From: a virus
Length of the DNA stretch: 64,000 bases
IMG/VR virus record: IMGVR_UViG_3300020057_000001
Span: 1-64,000 of that record
Direction: 5' to 3' (one strand)
The position numbers were made by a program, and so were the translations under genes. Below, piece by piece: positions 19,720-27,812 of the stretch. A model generated the notes under the pieces. That model searched no databases and had not been told where the DNA came from. It was given only the letters and a program-made list of their open reading frames with translations. Each line of letters begins with the position of its first letter. Position 1 is the first letter of the stretch.

Positions 19720-20304
19720 ATGGAATACTTATTAGCGCTTGCTCTCGCTCCGATACTGTTCGCGGGTGGGTTTGCAGTCGTTATGGCGTGGCTGGGTAAG
19801 TTTGAAACGCCAGCGCGAGGAAAGGGAAGGCCCAAAAGCAGCCTGGGGGATTACCCAAACATATCTGTGCGCGCAGCTATGCGAGGTGCCTTAGATACGG
19901 TAAAGCGATTTGTGGGAACATATCGATTTGACCTAAGGTCCGATAACGGTTCCGCTTTTCGTATGGCTGCTGACAAAGGTCATTTAGAAATAGTTAAGTT
20001 TTTACTACCATACTCCGACCCTCCAGCCCTAGATCATGCTTTTCGCATGGCTGCCTGGACCGGTCATTTAGAAATAGTTAAGTTTTTACTACCACATTCC
20101 GACCCTGAAGCTCACTATTCTGAGGCTTTTTGTTGGGCTGCTGAGAATGGTCACTTAGAAATAGTTAAGCTTTTGCTACCGTACTCTGACCCTAAAGCTC
20201 AAGATTCTCAGGCTTTTCGCTTTGCTGCTGAAAATGGTCACTTAGAAGTAGTTAAGTTTTTACTACCGCACTCCGACCCTGAAGTGGTAAGAGAATTTAT
20301 CTGA
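19720..20304 (+). CDS. Ankyrin-repeat protein with N-terminal membrane anchor, 4 internal repeats
   Basis: MEYLLALALAPILFAGGFAVVMAWLG hydrophobic helix before a degenerate N-cap. Confidence 0.88.
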   Translation: MEYLLALALAPILFAGGFAVVMAWLGKFETPARGKGRPKSSLGDYPNISVRAAMRGALDTVKRFVGTYRFDLRSDNGSAFRMAADKGHLEIVKFLLPYSDPPALDHAFRMAAWTGHLEIVKFLLPHSDPEAHYSEAFCWAAENGHLEIVKLLLPYSDPKAQDSQAFRFAAENGHLEVVKFLLPHSDPEVVREFI

Positions 20305-20311
20305 GGTGTAT

Positions 20312-20773
20312 ATGTATTATCGAGATGTATTTTTGCGAGCAGCCAACAGTGGCGATTTAGGTACAGTAAAGCTGTCGGTGGAAGCAGGTCTAGTTGACGT
20401 GAAGGCTCATGCTTCTGAGGCGTTGCGTTGGGCTGCTGAAAATGGTCATTTAGAAGTAGTTAAGTTTTTGCTACCATACGCCGACCCACAAGCGTGTGAA
20501 TCTGAGGCTTTTCGTTGGGCTGCTGCGCATGGTCATTTAGAAGTAGTTAAGTTTTTGCTACTTTACTCCGACCCTACAGCTAATAATTCTCAGGCTTTTC
20601 GCTTTGCTGCGGCTCACGGTCACTTAGAGATAGTTAAGTTTTTGTTACCGTATGCCGACCCTAAAGCTAACGCTTCTGAGGCTTTTCGTTGGGCTGCTAA
20701 GAATGGTCATTTAGAAACAGCTAAGTTTTTACTTCCGCACTCTGACCCTATAGTCGTAAGACAATTTATCTGA
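20312..20773 (+). CDS. Ankyrin-repeat protein, 4 internal repeats
   Basis: Same architecture. Confidence 0.92.
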   Translation: MYYRDVFLRAANSGDLGTVKLSVEAGLVDVKAHASEALRWAAENGHLEVVKFLLPYADPQACESEAFRWAAAHGHLEVVKFLLLYSDPTANNSQAFRFAAAHGHLEIVKFLLPYADPKANASEAFRWAAKNGHLETAKFLLPHSDPIVVRQFI

Positions 20774-20780
20774 GGTGCAT

Positions 20781-21329
20781 ATGGATCATCAAGCTGAATT
20801 TTTGATAGCCGCCAAAAGTGGCGATTTAGACACAGTAAAGCGATTGCTGGAAGCAGGTCTAGTTGACCCTAAAGCTAGCGAGGCTCTCTCGTTGCGCTGC
20901 GCTGCTGTGTACGGTCACTTAGAAGTAGTTAAGGTTTTACTCCCGCACTCCGACCCTAAAGCTAACGCTACTGAGGCTTTTCGCGCGGCTACTTTGTACG
21001 ACCAGTTAGAAATAGTTAAGTTTTTACTACCATACGTCGACCCTACAGAGCAAGAATCTCGGGCATTGCGTTGGGCTGCTTCCCATGGTTATTTAGAAAT
21101 AGTTAAGTTTTTACTACCGCACGCTAACCCTAAAGCTAAAGATTCTCAGGCTTTTTGCTCGGCTGCCAGTCACGGTCATTTAGAAGTAGTTAAGTTTTTG
21201 CTACCATACTCCGACCCGAAAGCGCAAGAATCGGGGGCTTTTCGCTCGGCTGCTGAGCAGGGGCATTTAGAAGTAATGCAGTTTTTACTACCGCATTCCG
21301 ACCCTAAAATTGTAAGGCAATTTATCTGA
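20781..21329 (+). CDS. Ankyrin-repeat protein, 5 internal repeats
   Basis: Same architecture. Confidence 0.92.
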   Translation: MDHQAEFLIAAKSGDLDTVKRLLEAGLVDPKASEALSLRCAAVYGHLEVVKVLLPHSDPKANATEAFRAATLYDQLEIVKFLLPYVDPTEQESRALRWAASHGYLEIVKFLLPHANPKAKDSQAFCSAASHGHLEVVKFLLPYSDPKAQESGAFRSAAEQGHLEVMQFLLPHSDPKIVRQFI

Positions 21330-21336
21330 GGTGCGT

Positions 21337-21795
21337 ATGGATTATCAAGATGAATTTTTACAAGCAGTCCAAAGTGACGATTTAGATACAGTAAAGCAAT
21401 TGGTGGAAGCAGGTCTAGTTGACCCGCAAATTTACGGCCCTGAGGCTTTTCGTTGGGCTGCTTGGTACGGTCATTTAGAAGTAGTTAAATTTTTACTTCA
21501 GCACTCCGACCCTACAGCCCTAGATCATGCTTTTCGCATGGCTGCCTGGACCGGTCATTTAGAAATAGTTAAGTTTTTACTACCGCATTCCGACCCCAAA
21601 GCTCACTATTCTGAGGCTTTTCGTTGGGCTGCTGAGAATGGTCACTTAGAAATAGTTAAGCTTTTGCTACCGTGCTCTGACCCTAAAGCGCAAGAATCGG
21701 GGGCTTTTTGCTTGGCTGCCCGTAACGGTCACTTAGAAATAGTTAAGTTTTTACTACCGCATTCCGACCCTGAAGTGGTAAGACAATTTATCTGA
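21337..21795 (+). CDS. Ankyrin-repeat protein, 4 internal repeats (one of 28 aa)
   Basis: Same architecture. Confidence 0.92.
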   Translation: MDYQDEFLQAVQSDDLDTVKQLVEAGLVDPQIYGPEAFRWAAWYGHLEVVKFLLQHSDPTALDHAFRMAAWTGHLEIVKFLLPHSDPKAHYSEAFRWAAENGHLEIVKLLLPCSDPKAQESGAFCLAARNGHLEIVKFLLPHSDPEVVRQFI

Positions 21796-21802
21796 GGTGC
21801 AC

Positions 21803-22264
21803 ATGGATTATCAAGATGAATTTTTACAAGCAGTCCAAAGTGGCGATTTAGATACAGTAAAGCAATTGGTGGAAGCAGGTCTAGTTGACCACACGCTCGA
21901 TGGATTTGGCGCTTTTCGCGTGGCTGCTTCGTATGGGTATTTAGAAACAGCTAAGTTTTTACTGCCATTTTCTGATCCTAAAGCTAAAGAATCTGCTCCT
22001 ATTCGCTTGGCGGCTTCGTACGGTTACCTAGACGTAGTTAAGTTTTTACTACCGCATTCCGACCCTACAGCTAACAATTCTCAGGCTTTTCGCTTTGCTG
22101 CGGCTCACGGCCATTTAGAAATAGTTAAGTTTTTACTACCGCACTCCGACCCTAAAGCTAACTATTCTGATGCTTTTCGCTTGGCTGCTTTGAACGGTCA
22201 TTTAGAAGTAGTTAAGTTTTTACTACCCCATACCGACCCTAAAGTTGTAAGACAATTTATCTGA
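21803..22264 (+). CDS. Ankyrin-repeat protein, 4 internal repeats
   Basis: Same architecture. Confidence 0.92.
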   Translation: MDYQDEFLQAVQSGDLDTVKQLVEAGLVDHTLDGFGAFRVAASYGYLETAKFLLPFSDPKAKESAPIRLAASYGYLDVVKFLLPHSDPTANNSQAFRFAAAHGHLEIVKFLLPHSDPKANYSDAFRLAALNGHLEVVKFLLPHTDPKVVRQFI

Positions 22265-22271
22265 GGTGCAT

Positions 22272-22733
22272 ATGAATTATCAAGCTGAATTTTTACAAGC
22301 CGCCAAAAGTGGCGATTTAGGCACAGTAAAGCGATTGGTGGAAGCAGGTCTAGGTGACCCCAAGCTTCACGAATCTCACGCTTTTCGCCGTGCTGCGGCT
22401 CACGGTCATTTAGAAGTAGTTAAGTTTTTACTACCTTACTCTGACCCTAAAGTTTACGAATCTGCGGCATTGCGTTGGGCTGCTGCGAACGGGTATTTAG
22501 AAGTAATGCGGTTTTTAATACTTTACTCCGACCCTGAAGCTAACAATTCTCAGGCTTTGCGTTGGGCCGCTGCGAACGGTCATTTAGAAATAGTTAAGCT
22601 TTTACTACCCCATACCGACCCTAAAGTTTACGGATCTGCGGCATTGCGTTGGGCTGCTGCGAACGGGTACTTAGAAGTAGTTAAGTTTTTACTACCTTAC
22701 TCCGACCCTAAAGTTGTAAGACAATTTATCTGA
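22272..22733 (+). CDS. Ankyrin-repeat protein, 4 internal repeats
   Basis: Same architecture. Confidence 0.92.
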   Translation: MNYQAEFLQAAKSGDLGTVKRLVEAGLGDPKLHESHAFRRAAAHGHLEVVKFLLPYSDPKVYESAALRWAAANGYLEVMRFLILYSDPEANNSQALRWAAANGHLEIVKLLLPHTDPKVYGSAALRWAAANGYLEVVKFLLPYSDPKVVRQFI

Positions 22734-22740
22734 GGTGCAC

Positions 22741-23115
22741 ATGGATTATCAAGCTGAATTTTTACAAGCAGTCAAAAGTGGCGATTTAGATACAGTACGG
22801 CGGTTGGTGGAAACATATCGATTTGACCCAGGGTCCGATAACTGTTACGCTTTTCGCTTGGCTGCTGACAAAGCGCACTTAGCAATAGTTAAGTTTTTGC
22901 TCCCTTATTCCGACCCCAAAGCTTACAATTCTGAGGCTTTTCGTTGGGCTGCTGACAAAGGTCATTTAGAAATAGTTAAGTTTTTACTACCATACTCCGA
23001 CCCTAAAGCTTACGGCTCTGATGCTTTTCGCTTGGCTGCTTTGAACGGTCATTTAGAAGTAGTTAAGTTTTTACTACCCCATACCGACCCTAAAGTTGTA
23101 AGACAATTCATTTGA
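22741..23115 (+). CDS. Ankyrin-repeat protein, 3 internal repeats (last gene of array)
   Basis: Same architecture; the conserved junction is absent after its stop. Confidence 0.92.
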   Translation: MDYQAEFLQAVKSGDLDTVRRLVETYRFDPGSDNCYAFRLAADKAHLAIVKFLLPYSDPKAYNSEAFRWAADKGHLEIVKFLLPYSDPKAYGSDAFRLAALNGHLEVVKFLLPHTDPKVVRQFI

Positions 23116-23124
23116 TGCTATTGA

Positions 23125-23151
23125 ACAAGAAGGACAAGATTATGCCGATAG
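23125..23151 (+). promoter_or_regulatory. sigma28-like promoter (weaker -35)
   Basis: ACAA-N15-GCCGATAG. Confidence 0.5.
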
Positions 23152-23192
23152 ATAGGCATCTAAGTTAAATAAACACTCCAAGGAAACTTCAC

Positions 23193-23699
23193 ATGACAAA
23201 CGTAATTAATCTAAGCTCTCGTAGAAAACCCGCGTTAACAAAAACGGATGCAAGAGACTACAACGGAATGCTTTCAGCCGAAAAGCCAGCACCGACAACA
23301 ATTGAACGTATCCTTCTCTCAGAATTCATGCTCACCGACCTAGACACCGCTGTGGTAACCCCCGCCCAAATTGTCACGGTTCAAACAGCGATAGCAACAG
23401 CTTTTAACTGCGGGGGTGTGTTCATGGCGCTCAACAACACTGGCCCAACAATTGAATTAATCTGTATCCCCGTAACCAAAAACCGCAAGGGGGAGTGGCG
23501 ACCTTTCTCTTTTCTTGCGTTTTTTACAAAAAAACACACAAAAACAGACGTCTTTGGTGCGAGATATACGCTTAAACAGCTCACCGACCTTGTGGGACGC
23601 TTTACAAAACTGCCGCTGACTGTCACAATAAAGGTAATCAGGAAACCCTCTCAGACCTTGTGGAGCGAATTTCAGAATGGCAGGAAAATCAAACAATAA
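23193..23699 (+). CDS. Hypothetical protein
   Basis: AAGGA SD; N-terminal NVINLSSRRK motif. Confidence 0.65.
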   Translation: MTNVINLSSRRKPALTKTDARDYNGMLSAEKPAPTTIERILLSEFMLTDLDTAVVTPAQIVTVQTAIATAFNCGGVFMALNNTGPTIELICIPVTKNRKGEWRPFSFLAFFTKKHTKTDVFGARYTLKQLTDLVGRFTKLPLTVTIKVIRKPSQTLWSEFQNGRKIKQ

Positions 23700-24390
23700 C
23701 CTCCCGAGGCCCTCTGCGGAGCTAGCCGATGCGCTCTCCGAATCTGTAGAAAACCATTTCATTTCTGAAGAAGAGGCAAACTCTTGCCGCGCCTACCTTA
23801 CATTAAACAAAGATCCTAACAAGTGCTATTTCGGTATCGACAAAGAAGCCAACTTATTTCAAGCCTTTGTCCTCGGTAGGTCTTTTCATCAATTAGCCCG
23901 CTCTTGTTCCGTCCCTGTGCAGATGATTGTTTTAACCGCTATCAAGCACAAATGGGACCTAAAAGCTCGCTTGCTTCAAAACGCAGGCGATTCCGCTGTA
24001 GTCCAACACGCAACAAAAGACCTCGCTAACAAGATTCTAGAGATAAACCTGATTGGTATGGAACGCGAGCTTACTGATATCTACACTGGAAAGAAAGACG
24101 CTAGAGACAGTATCTTTATGTCAAAAACTCCCCAAGAGATGCAGAAAATGTTACAGATTGTCATGCAAGCCAATGATATTAAAAACGCCCTAGCAGGCGG
24201 TACGTCCGCTAATGCGCCTACCATCAACATCACAAACCAAAATGCCCAAGTGGCACCTCAAAATAGTCCTCAAGTCTTAGTAACAGACGCCGAGACCTTA
24301 GACGCCTTACCGGAGCCGTCAAAACTAGATCAATTAAAAATGATCCGTGACTCAGAAACACTTCCCATTTCCAAAAAGGATGCGCCATGA
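23677..24390 (+). CDS. Hypothetical HTH-like protein, possible terminase small subunit
   Basis: FVLGRSFHQLARSCSVP...KHKW HTH-like segment; two genes upstream of terL. Confidence 0.4.
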   Translation: MAGKSNNNLPRPSAELADALSESVENHFISEEEANSCRAYLTLNKDPNKCYFGIDKEANLFQAFVLGRSFHQLARSCSVPVQMIVLTAIKHKWDLKARLLQNAGDSAVVQHATKDLANKILEINLIGMERELTDIYTGKKDARDSIFMSKTPQEMQKMLQIVMQANDIKNALAGGTSANAPTINITNQNAQVAPQNSPQVLVTDAETLDALPEPSKLDQLKMIRDSETLPISKKDAP

Positions 24391-25280
24391 AATTTACTAA
24401 GAAGAACTTTAACGTCCCAGACAACTACAACCTCAACTTCGACAAAGAATCAAAGAAGTGGCGCTTGCGCATTAAGCGCGAAGGGAAGTGGGAGACGGCA
24501 GGACGCTTTGCAACAGAAGAACTCGCTGTTTCGTTTGCCAACCAGTCGTCAAAGTTCAATGCACAAGTCAAGGCCGATAAAGTAGAAAAGACAGCAAAGC
24601 CCGCTGCACCGAAGCGCGTTACAGAGGTTCCTCAAGAAAAAGCTCCAAAGGTCTCTACGTTGGAGAAAGTACGTGCCGCTGCCCGAGGGAAGAAGATAAA
24701 ACAAGTAGACCCAGAACCTACTCCCCCATCCAAGCTTAACGACGAAAGCCTAGAAGAGGTTGTAATAATTACCGATACGCTTCCTCTAACACTACCCTCC
24801 TCGATGCTAGCGGGAGTACCTGTCTCGCTGGGGAACACGCAAAACAACTTACAGCTTTTGAAAATGCAAAGTCGAATTGCCGACCTACAGAAAACGGTAA
24901 CCGCCTTTTCTGATGCGAGCAGACAAGACAAGGCGCAGGCGGAAGTAGCTGTACAAAGCTTAGAGATTCTTAAGAAAGACGTGAAGGCTGCGCTTCAGGA
25001 CGTTAGTCGTGTGCGCGACAGTCTGCGCAAGATTATAGACGATAAGCTTGAACCTCAGCAGAAAGACATCATCGCATTGTTTGGTCAGCTTAGTCAGGTA
25101 GATTCGGCGGTATCTCTTTATTCCCACGAAAACCACCTCGGTGCAGTAAAACAACAAGCGACCGCCGCAGCTACGGCAAAGAGAGTGGACAAAGTGGGAC
25201 GATTTCTCATATTACTGCTCATGCTTCAAGTCGTCGGTGTAATCATAGCGGTTCTTCTACAGACAGGTGTGTTGGAATAA
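24387..25280 (+). CDS. Protein with AP2-like N-terminus, coiled coil and C-terminal TM helix
   Basis: KESKKWRLRIKREGK...GRFATEELAV; C-terminal FLILLLMLQVVGVIIAVLL. Confidence 0.55.
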   Translation: MKFTKKNFNVPDNYNLNFDKESKKWRLRIKREGKWETAGRFATEELAVSFANQSSKFNAQVKADKVEKTAKPAAPKRVTEVPQEKAPKVSTLEKVRAAARGKKIKQVDPEPTPPSKLNDESLEEVVIITDTLPLTLPSSMLAGVPVSLGNTQNNLQLLKMQSRIADLQKTVTAFSDASRQDKAQAEVAVQSLEILKKDVKAALQDVSRVRDSLRKIIDDKLEPQQKDIIALFGQLSQVDSAVSLYSHENHLGAVKQQATAAATAKRVDKVGRFLILLLMLQVVGVIIAVLLQTGVLE

Positions 25281-25283
25281 CGC

Positions 25284-27746
25284 ATGCCTAAGCAAGTGGT
25301 GAACATCTCCGAACTCCGTAGGAAACTCTTCTTTGAAGTGTGCGACACTCAAGAGGAGCTTCAGTCGTGGCTTCAAACGTTTTTAAACCTAGACTTCCCT
25401 GACTGCACGGTAGACGAAGAGAGCACGTCCAATCCCATGCAATTTGTCTGGGAGTGCTACAACTTCATGAGAACAAACAAGGGACCTCCTGAGCACGTGG
25501 TAGCCGCAGGTAGAGGGTTGAGCAAAACATTAGGCGCTTCCGCTGTAGAGTTCTTGGGACTTGTGCACTTCAGGCGCCAAGAAGTTCACTTCAGTGCGCT
25601 GAAAGCGCAAAGTAAACTTGCATTAAAGTATCTTCACAAGTTCTGTAGGATTCCCGAACTTGTCGGGCATTTTGAGTCTAAATCCGCATTCGAAATTACA
25701 CTAGTAAAGCTTCCACCAAACAAGTTTACGAGTAAACCCGATGCGTTTATCGCCGTGGTTGCGGCCACAATAGAGGCAACTAATGGATATCGCTCAAATT
25801 GTATTGCGGCGACGCAGCAAATACTGGCGTTGCCCCCTCTATCTAGTCAACGAAAAGTACAAAAAACAGCAGGAAAGTGGCACAGGTATAGCGCCGAAGG
25901 GATTTGGAAAAAATTTCAGAAAGGGGAGGTGATCGAAGTTGCCACAATCAATGAAAATACCCTTCACATTGAAGCAAAGCCTGTTCTTTACGCGTCACGA
26001 AAAGTAAATCTAGAGCAAGTAAAAGTTACAACGGAAAGCGGGCATTCGTTTTGCGTCACGAACGACCACCCGATCGCTACCTCAATTAACGACAATCACA
26101 CAATCACTTACACCGCACTGAATAAGTTGAGTTTGGGTGACCCAATTTTATTAAAAAACTTATCACCAGACGCAATAACAAGTGGACGTCTTTTAAATAC
26201 TTTAACGTATGAAAAAATAACTGAAATTGCTCCCTACAGCGTAGCACCAAGTGCCCGCGCCCGATGGGTATACGACTTCCATGTTCAAGATAATCATAAT
26301 TTTTTCTGCGTTCGCGGACTAGTCCACAATTGTAATGTTGGAGACGAAATTGACCTTACAAATCGGGATGTTATATCTGAAGCCAGCCTCATGGGGATTC
26401 CAACATCCGACGAGCACTCGTTTGACCCCCTGACAATCTATCTCTCGTCTCGCAAAACCAACGACGGTCCCCTACAAGACCGCATGGACGAGGCCGAAAA
26501 ATCACCCGAAGATATTCGAGTGCATAAGATATCTTGGGTGGATTGGATGCAGAAGTGTGAACCAACGACACACGGTGCATTCGGTCCGACCGTATTTATT
26601 AACAGAGAAAATTTGCAAGTGCACTGGGACGCCCTACCCAAGTCAGTTAGCACTGTGGATCAAACCCAATTCATGGAGCGTAAGGTCTATGAGGGGTGCC
26701 GGACATGCCCAGCCCTCTTAGTGTGTCAAGGCCGTGCACCCAATCAAACGTCCACATCTAAATACTTGAAGTCCATTCAATTTGTGGGACGTGAACTCAA
26801 AAAAATAACCGACGTAAATAAGATCATCGGGCAAATTCTTAATTATAAACCTGAAAGCTCTGGCATCGTCTTCAACACTTTCGCACGTCACAGACACGTA
26901 GGCGATCTTAGACAAGCCTATACATTTATAACCGCGCAAGACTGGCAAGGTGACGTTCTTCCGACCAAGCAAGACCTTTACAGCGTTGCCAAGCGGGACG
27001 GTTGGAAATGTCTCGTAGGTATCGACTGGGGAACCAGAGACCCTGCGATAGCCCTTACGGCGCTCTATCACGCAGGAGCTAAGCGCGTCCTGTTTTTGAG
27101 CCTTATGTACGCAACGGGGTTTGCCAACCACCTATGGGCGCAATACTACCTAGACAACGACGCCACGCTTTATCCACCCGACCTTATAGCACCTGATATG
27201 GCAGACGCCTCCTCTGCGTCTTACTTTTCTAAGTCCGATTTTCGTGTAAAGTCTAAAAAGCCGCAACGGATTGAGACAGGCGTGTCACAGATTAACGGCT
27301 TGATGTTCAACCCAGCGGATCAGTCATGCAACCTGATGGTTCTGGACACCCCAGACCTTCAGTACATGATCGAAGCGTTTTCCAAGTGGCGCTATAAGAC
27401 AGATGGGCAGGGGCGCTTCGTTATAAACTCGTTCGATACCGACGGTGAATTCAGCCATGGACTGGATAGTTGTCGTTATTTATTAGACGCTTACGTCAAA
27501 ACACCGGTTGCTATCACTTCCGGTCTGAGTACCACACCACCCCCGCCACAGCCGGAGCAAGCTTCTCAGATTCCGACCGTAGGTTCCACAGTGCAGAAGC
27601 ACCTGATAGCCAGTGGCGTACACCCTTCGGCGTTTGACCAAGCCGCTCTTTTCAACCAGCTTAAAAACAGTGGGTTACAGCACCTCGTCCAAGAATACAC
27701 CCTCCCAGAGCCTCAAAAGAAGAAGGGCCGTTTCAAGATTTACTAG
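25284..27746 (+). CDS. terL: Terminase large subunit, intein-containing
   Basis: Walker A GRGLSKT, Walker B-like CNVGDE after the intein, nuclease GIDWG...D and SHGLDSCRY. Confidence 0.88.
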   Translation: MPKQVVNISELRRKLFFEVCDTQEELQSWLQTFLNLDFPDCTVDEESTSNPMQFVWECYNFMRTNKGPPEHVVAAGRGLSKTLGASAVEFLGLVHFRRQEVHFSALKAQSKLALKYLHKFCRIPELVGHFESKSAFEITLVKLPPNKFTSKPDAFIAVVAATIEATNGYRSNCIAATQQILALPPLSSQRKVQKTAGKWHRYSAEGIWKKFQKGEVIEVATINENTLHIEAKPVLYASRKVNLEQVKVTTESGHSFCVTNDHPIATSINDNHTITYTALNKLSLGDPILLKNLSPDAITSGRLLNTLTYEKITEIAPYSVAPSARARWVYDFHVQDNHNFFCVRGLVHNCNVGDEIDLTNRDVISEASLMGIPTSDEHSFDPLTIYLSSRKTNDGPLQDRMDEAEKSPEDIRVHKISWVDWMQKCEPTTHGAFGPTVFINRENLQVHWDALPKSVSTVDQTQFMERKVYEGCRTCPALLVCQGRAPNQTSTSKYLKSIQFVGRELKKITDVNKIIGQILNYKPESSGIVFNTFARHRHVGDLRQAYTFITAQDWQGDVLPTKQDLYSVAKRDGWKCLVGIDWGTRDPAIALTALYHAGAKRVLFLSLMYATGFANHLWAQYYLDNDATLYPPDLIAPDMADASSASYFSKSDFRVKSKKPQRIETGVSQINGLMFNPADQSCNLMVLDTPDLQYMIEAFSKWRYKTDGQGRFVINSFDTDGEFSHGLDSCRYLLDAYVKTPVAITSGLSTTPPPPQPEQASQIPTVGSTVQKHLIASGVHPSAFDQAALFNQLKNSGLQHLVQEYTLPEPQKKKGRFKIY
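25800..26330 (+). mobile_element. Mini-intein (177 aa), no homing endonuclease
   Basis: Starts CIAAT, block B VTNDHPI, block F VYDFHVQDNHNF, ends VHN followed by Cys+1. Confidence 0.9.
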
Positions 27747-27812
27747 ACTACCTTGAAACTTTGCCCGCTATCCCTTAAACTTTAAAATGCGAACTACACG
27801 GAGGAAACCTAC

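Larger units (their letters stand above)
18989..23115 (+). repeat. Right ankyrin-gene array: 8 genes; 87-bp coding repeat
   Basis: Same repeat and junction (AATTTATCTGAGGTG) as the left array, opposite orientation. Confidence 0.95.

Noticed and set aside
1-23115. Ankyrin arrays as CRISPR arrays
   Set aside because: The 87-bp units are in-frame coding repeats with codon-structured variation and no unique spacers; no cas genes
1-23115. Diversity-generating retroelement behind ankyrin variation
   Set aside because: No reverse transcriptase or non-coding template repeat in the window, and variation is modular rather than adenine-restricted; an RT elsewhere in the genome cannot be excluded
18989-23115. 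Integron cassette array
   Set aside because: Only 7-8 nt between genes, so no room for attC hairpins; no integrase
18989-23115. TALE-like nucleic-acid recognition code in the variable dipeptide
   Set aside because: Only 3-7 repeats per protein, an ankyrin-type framework and several other variable positions; protein binding is the simpler reading
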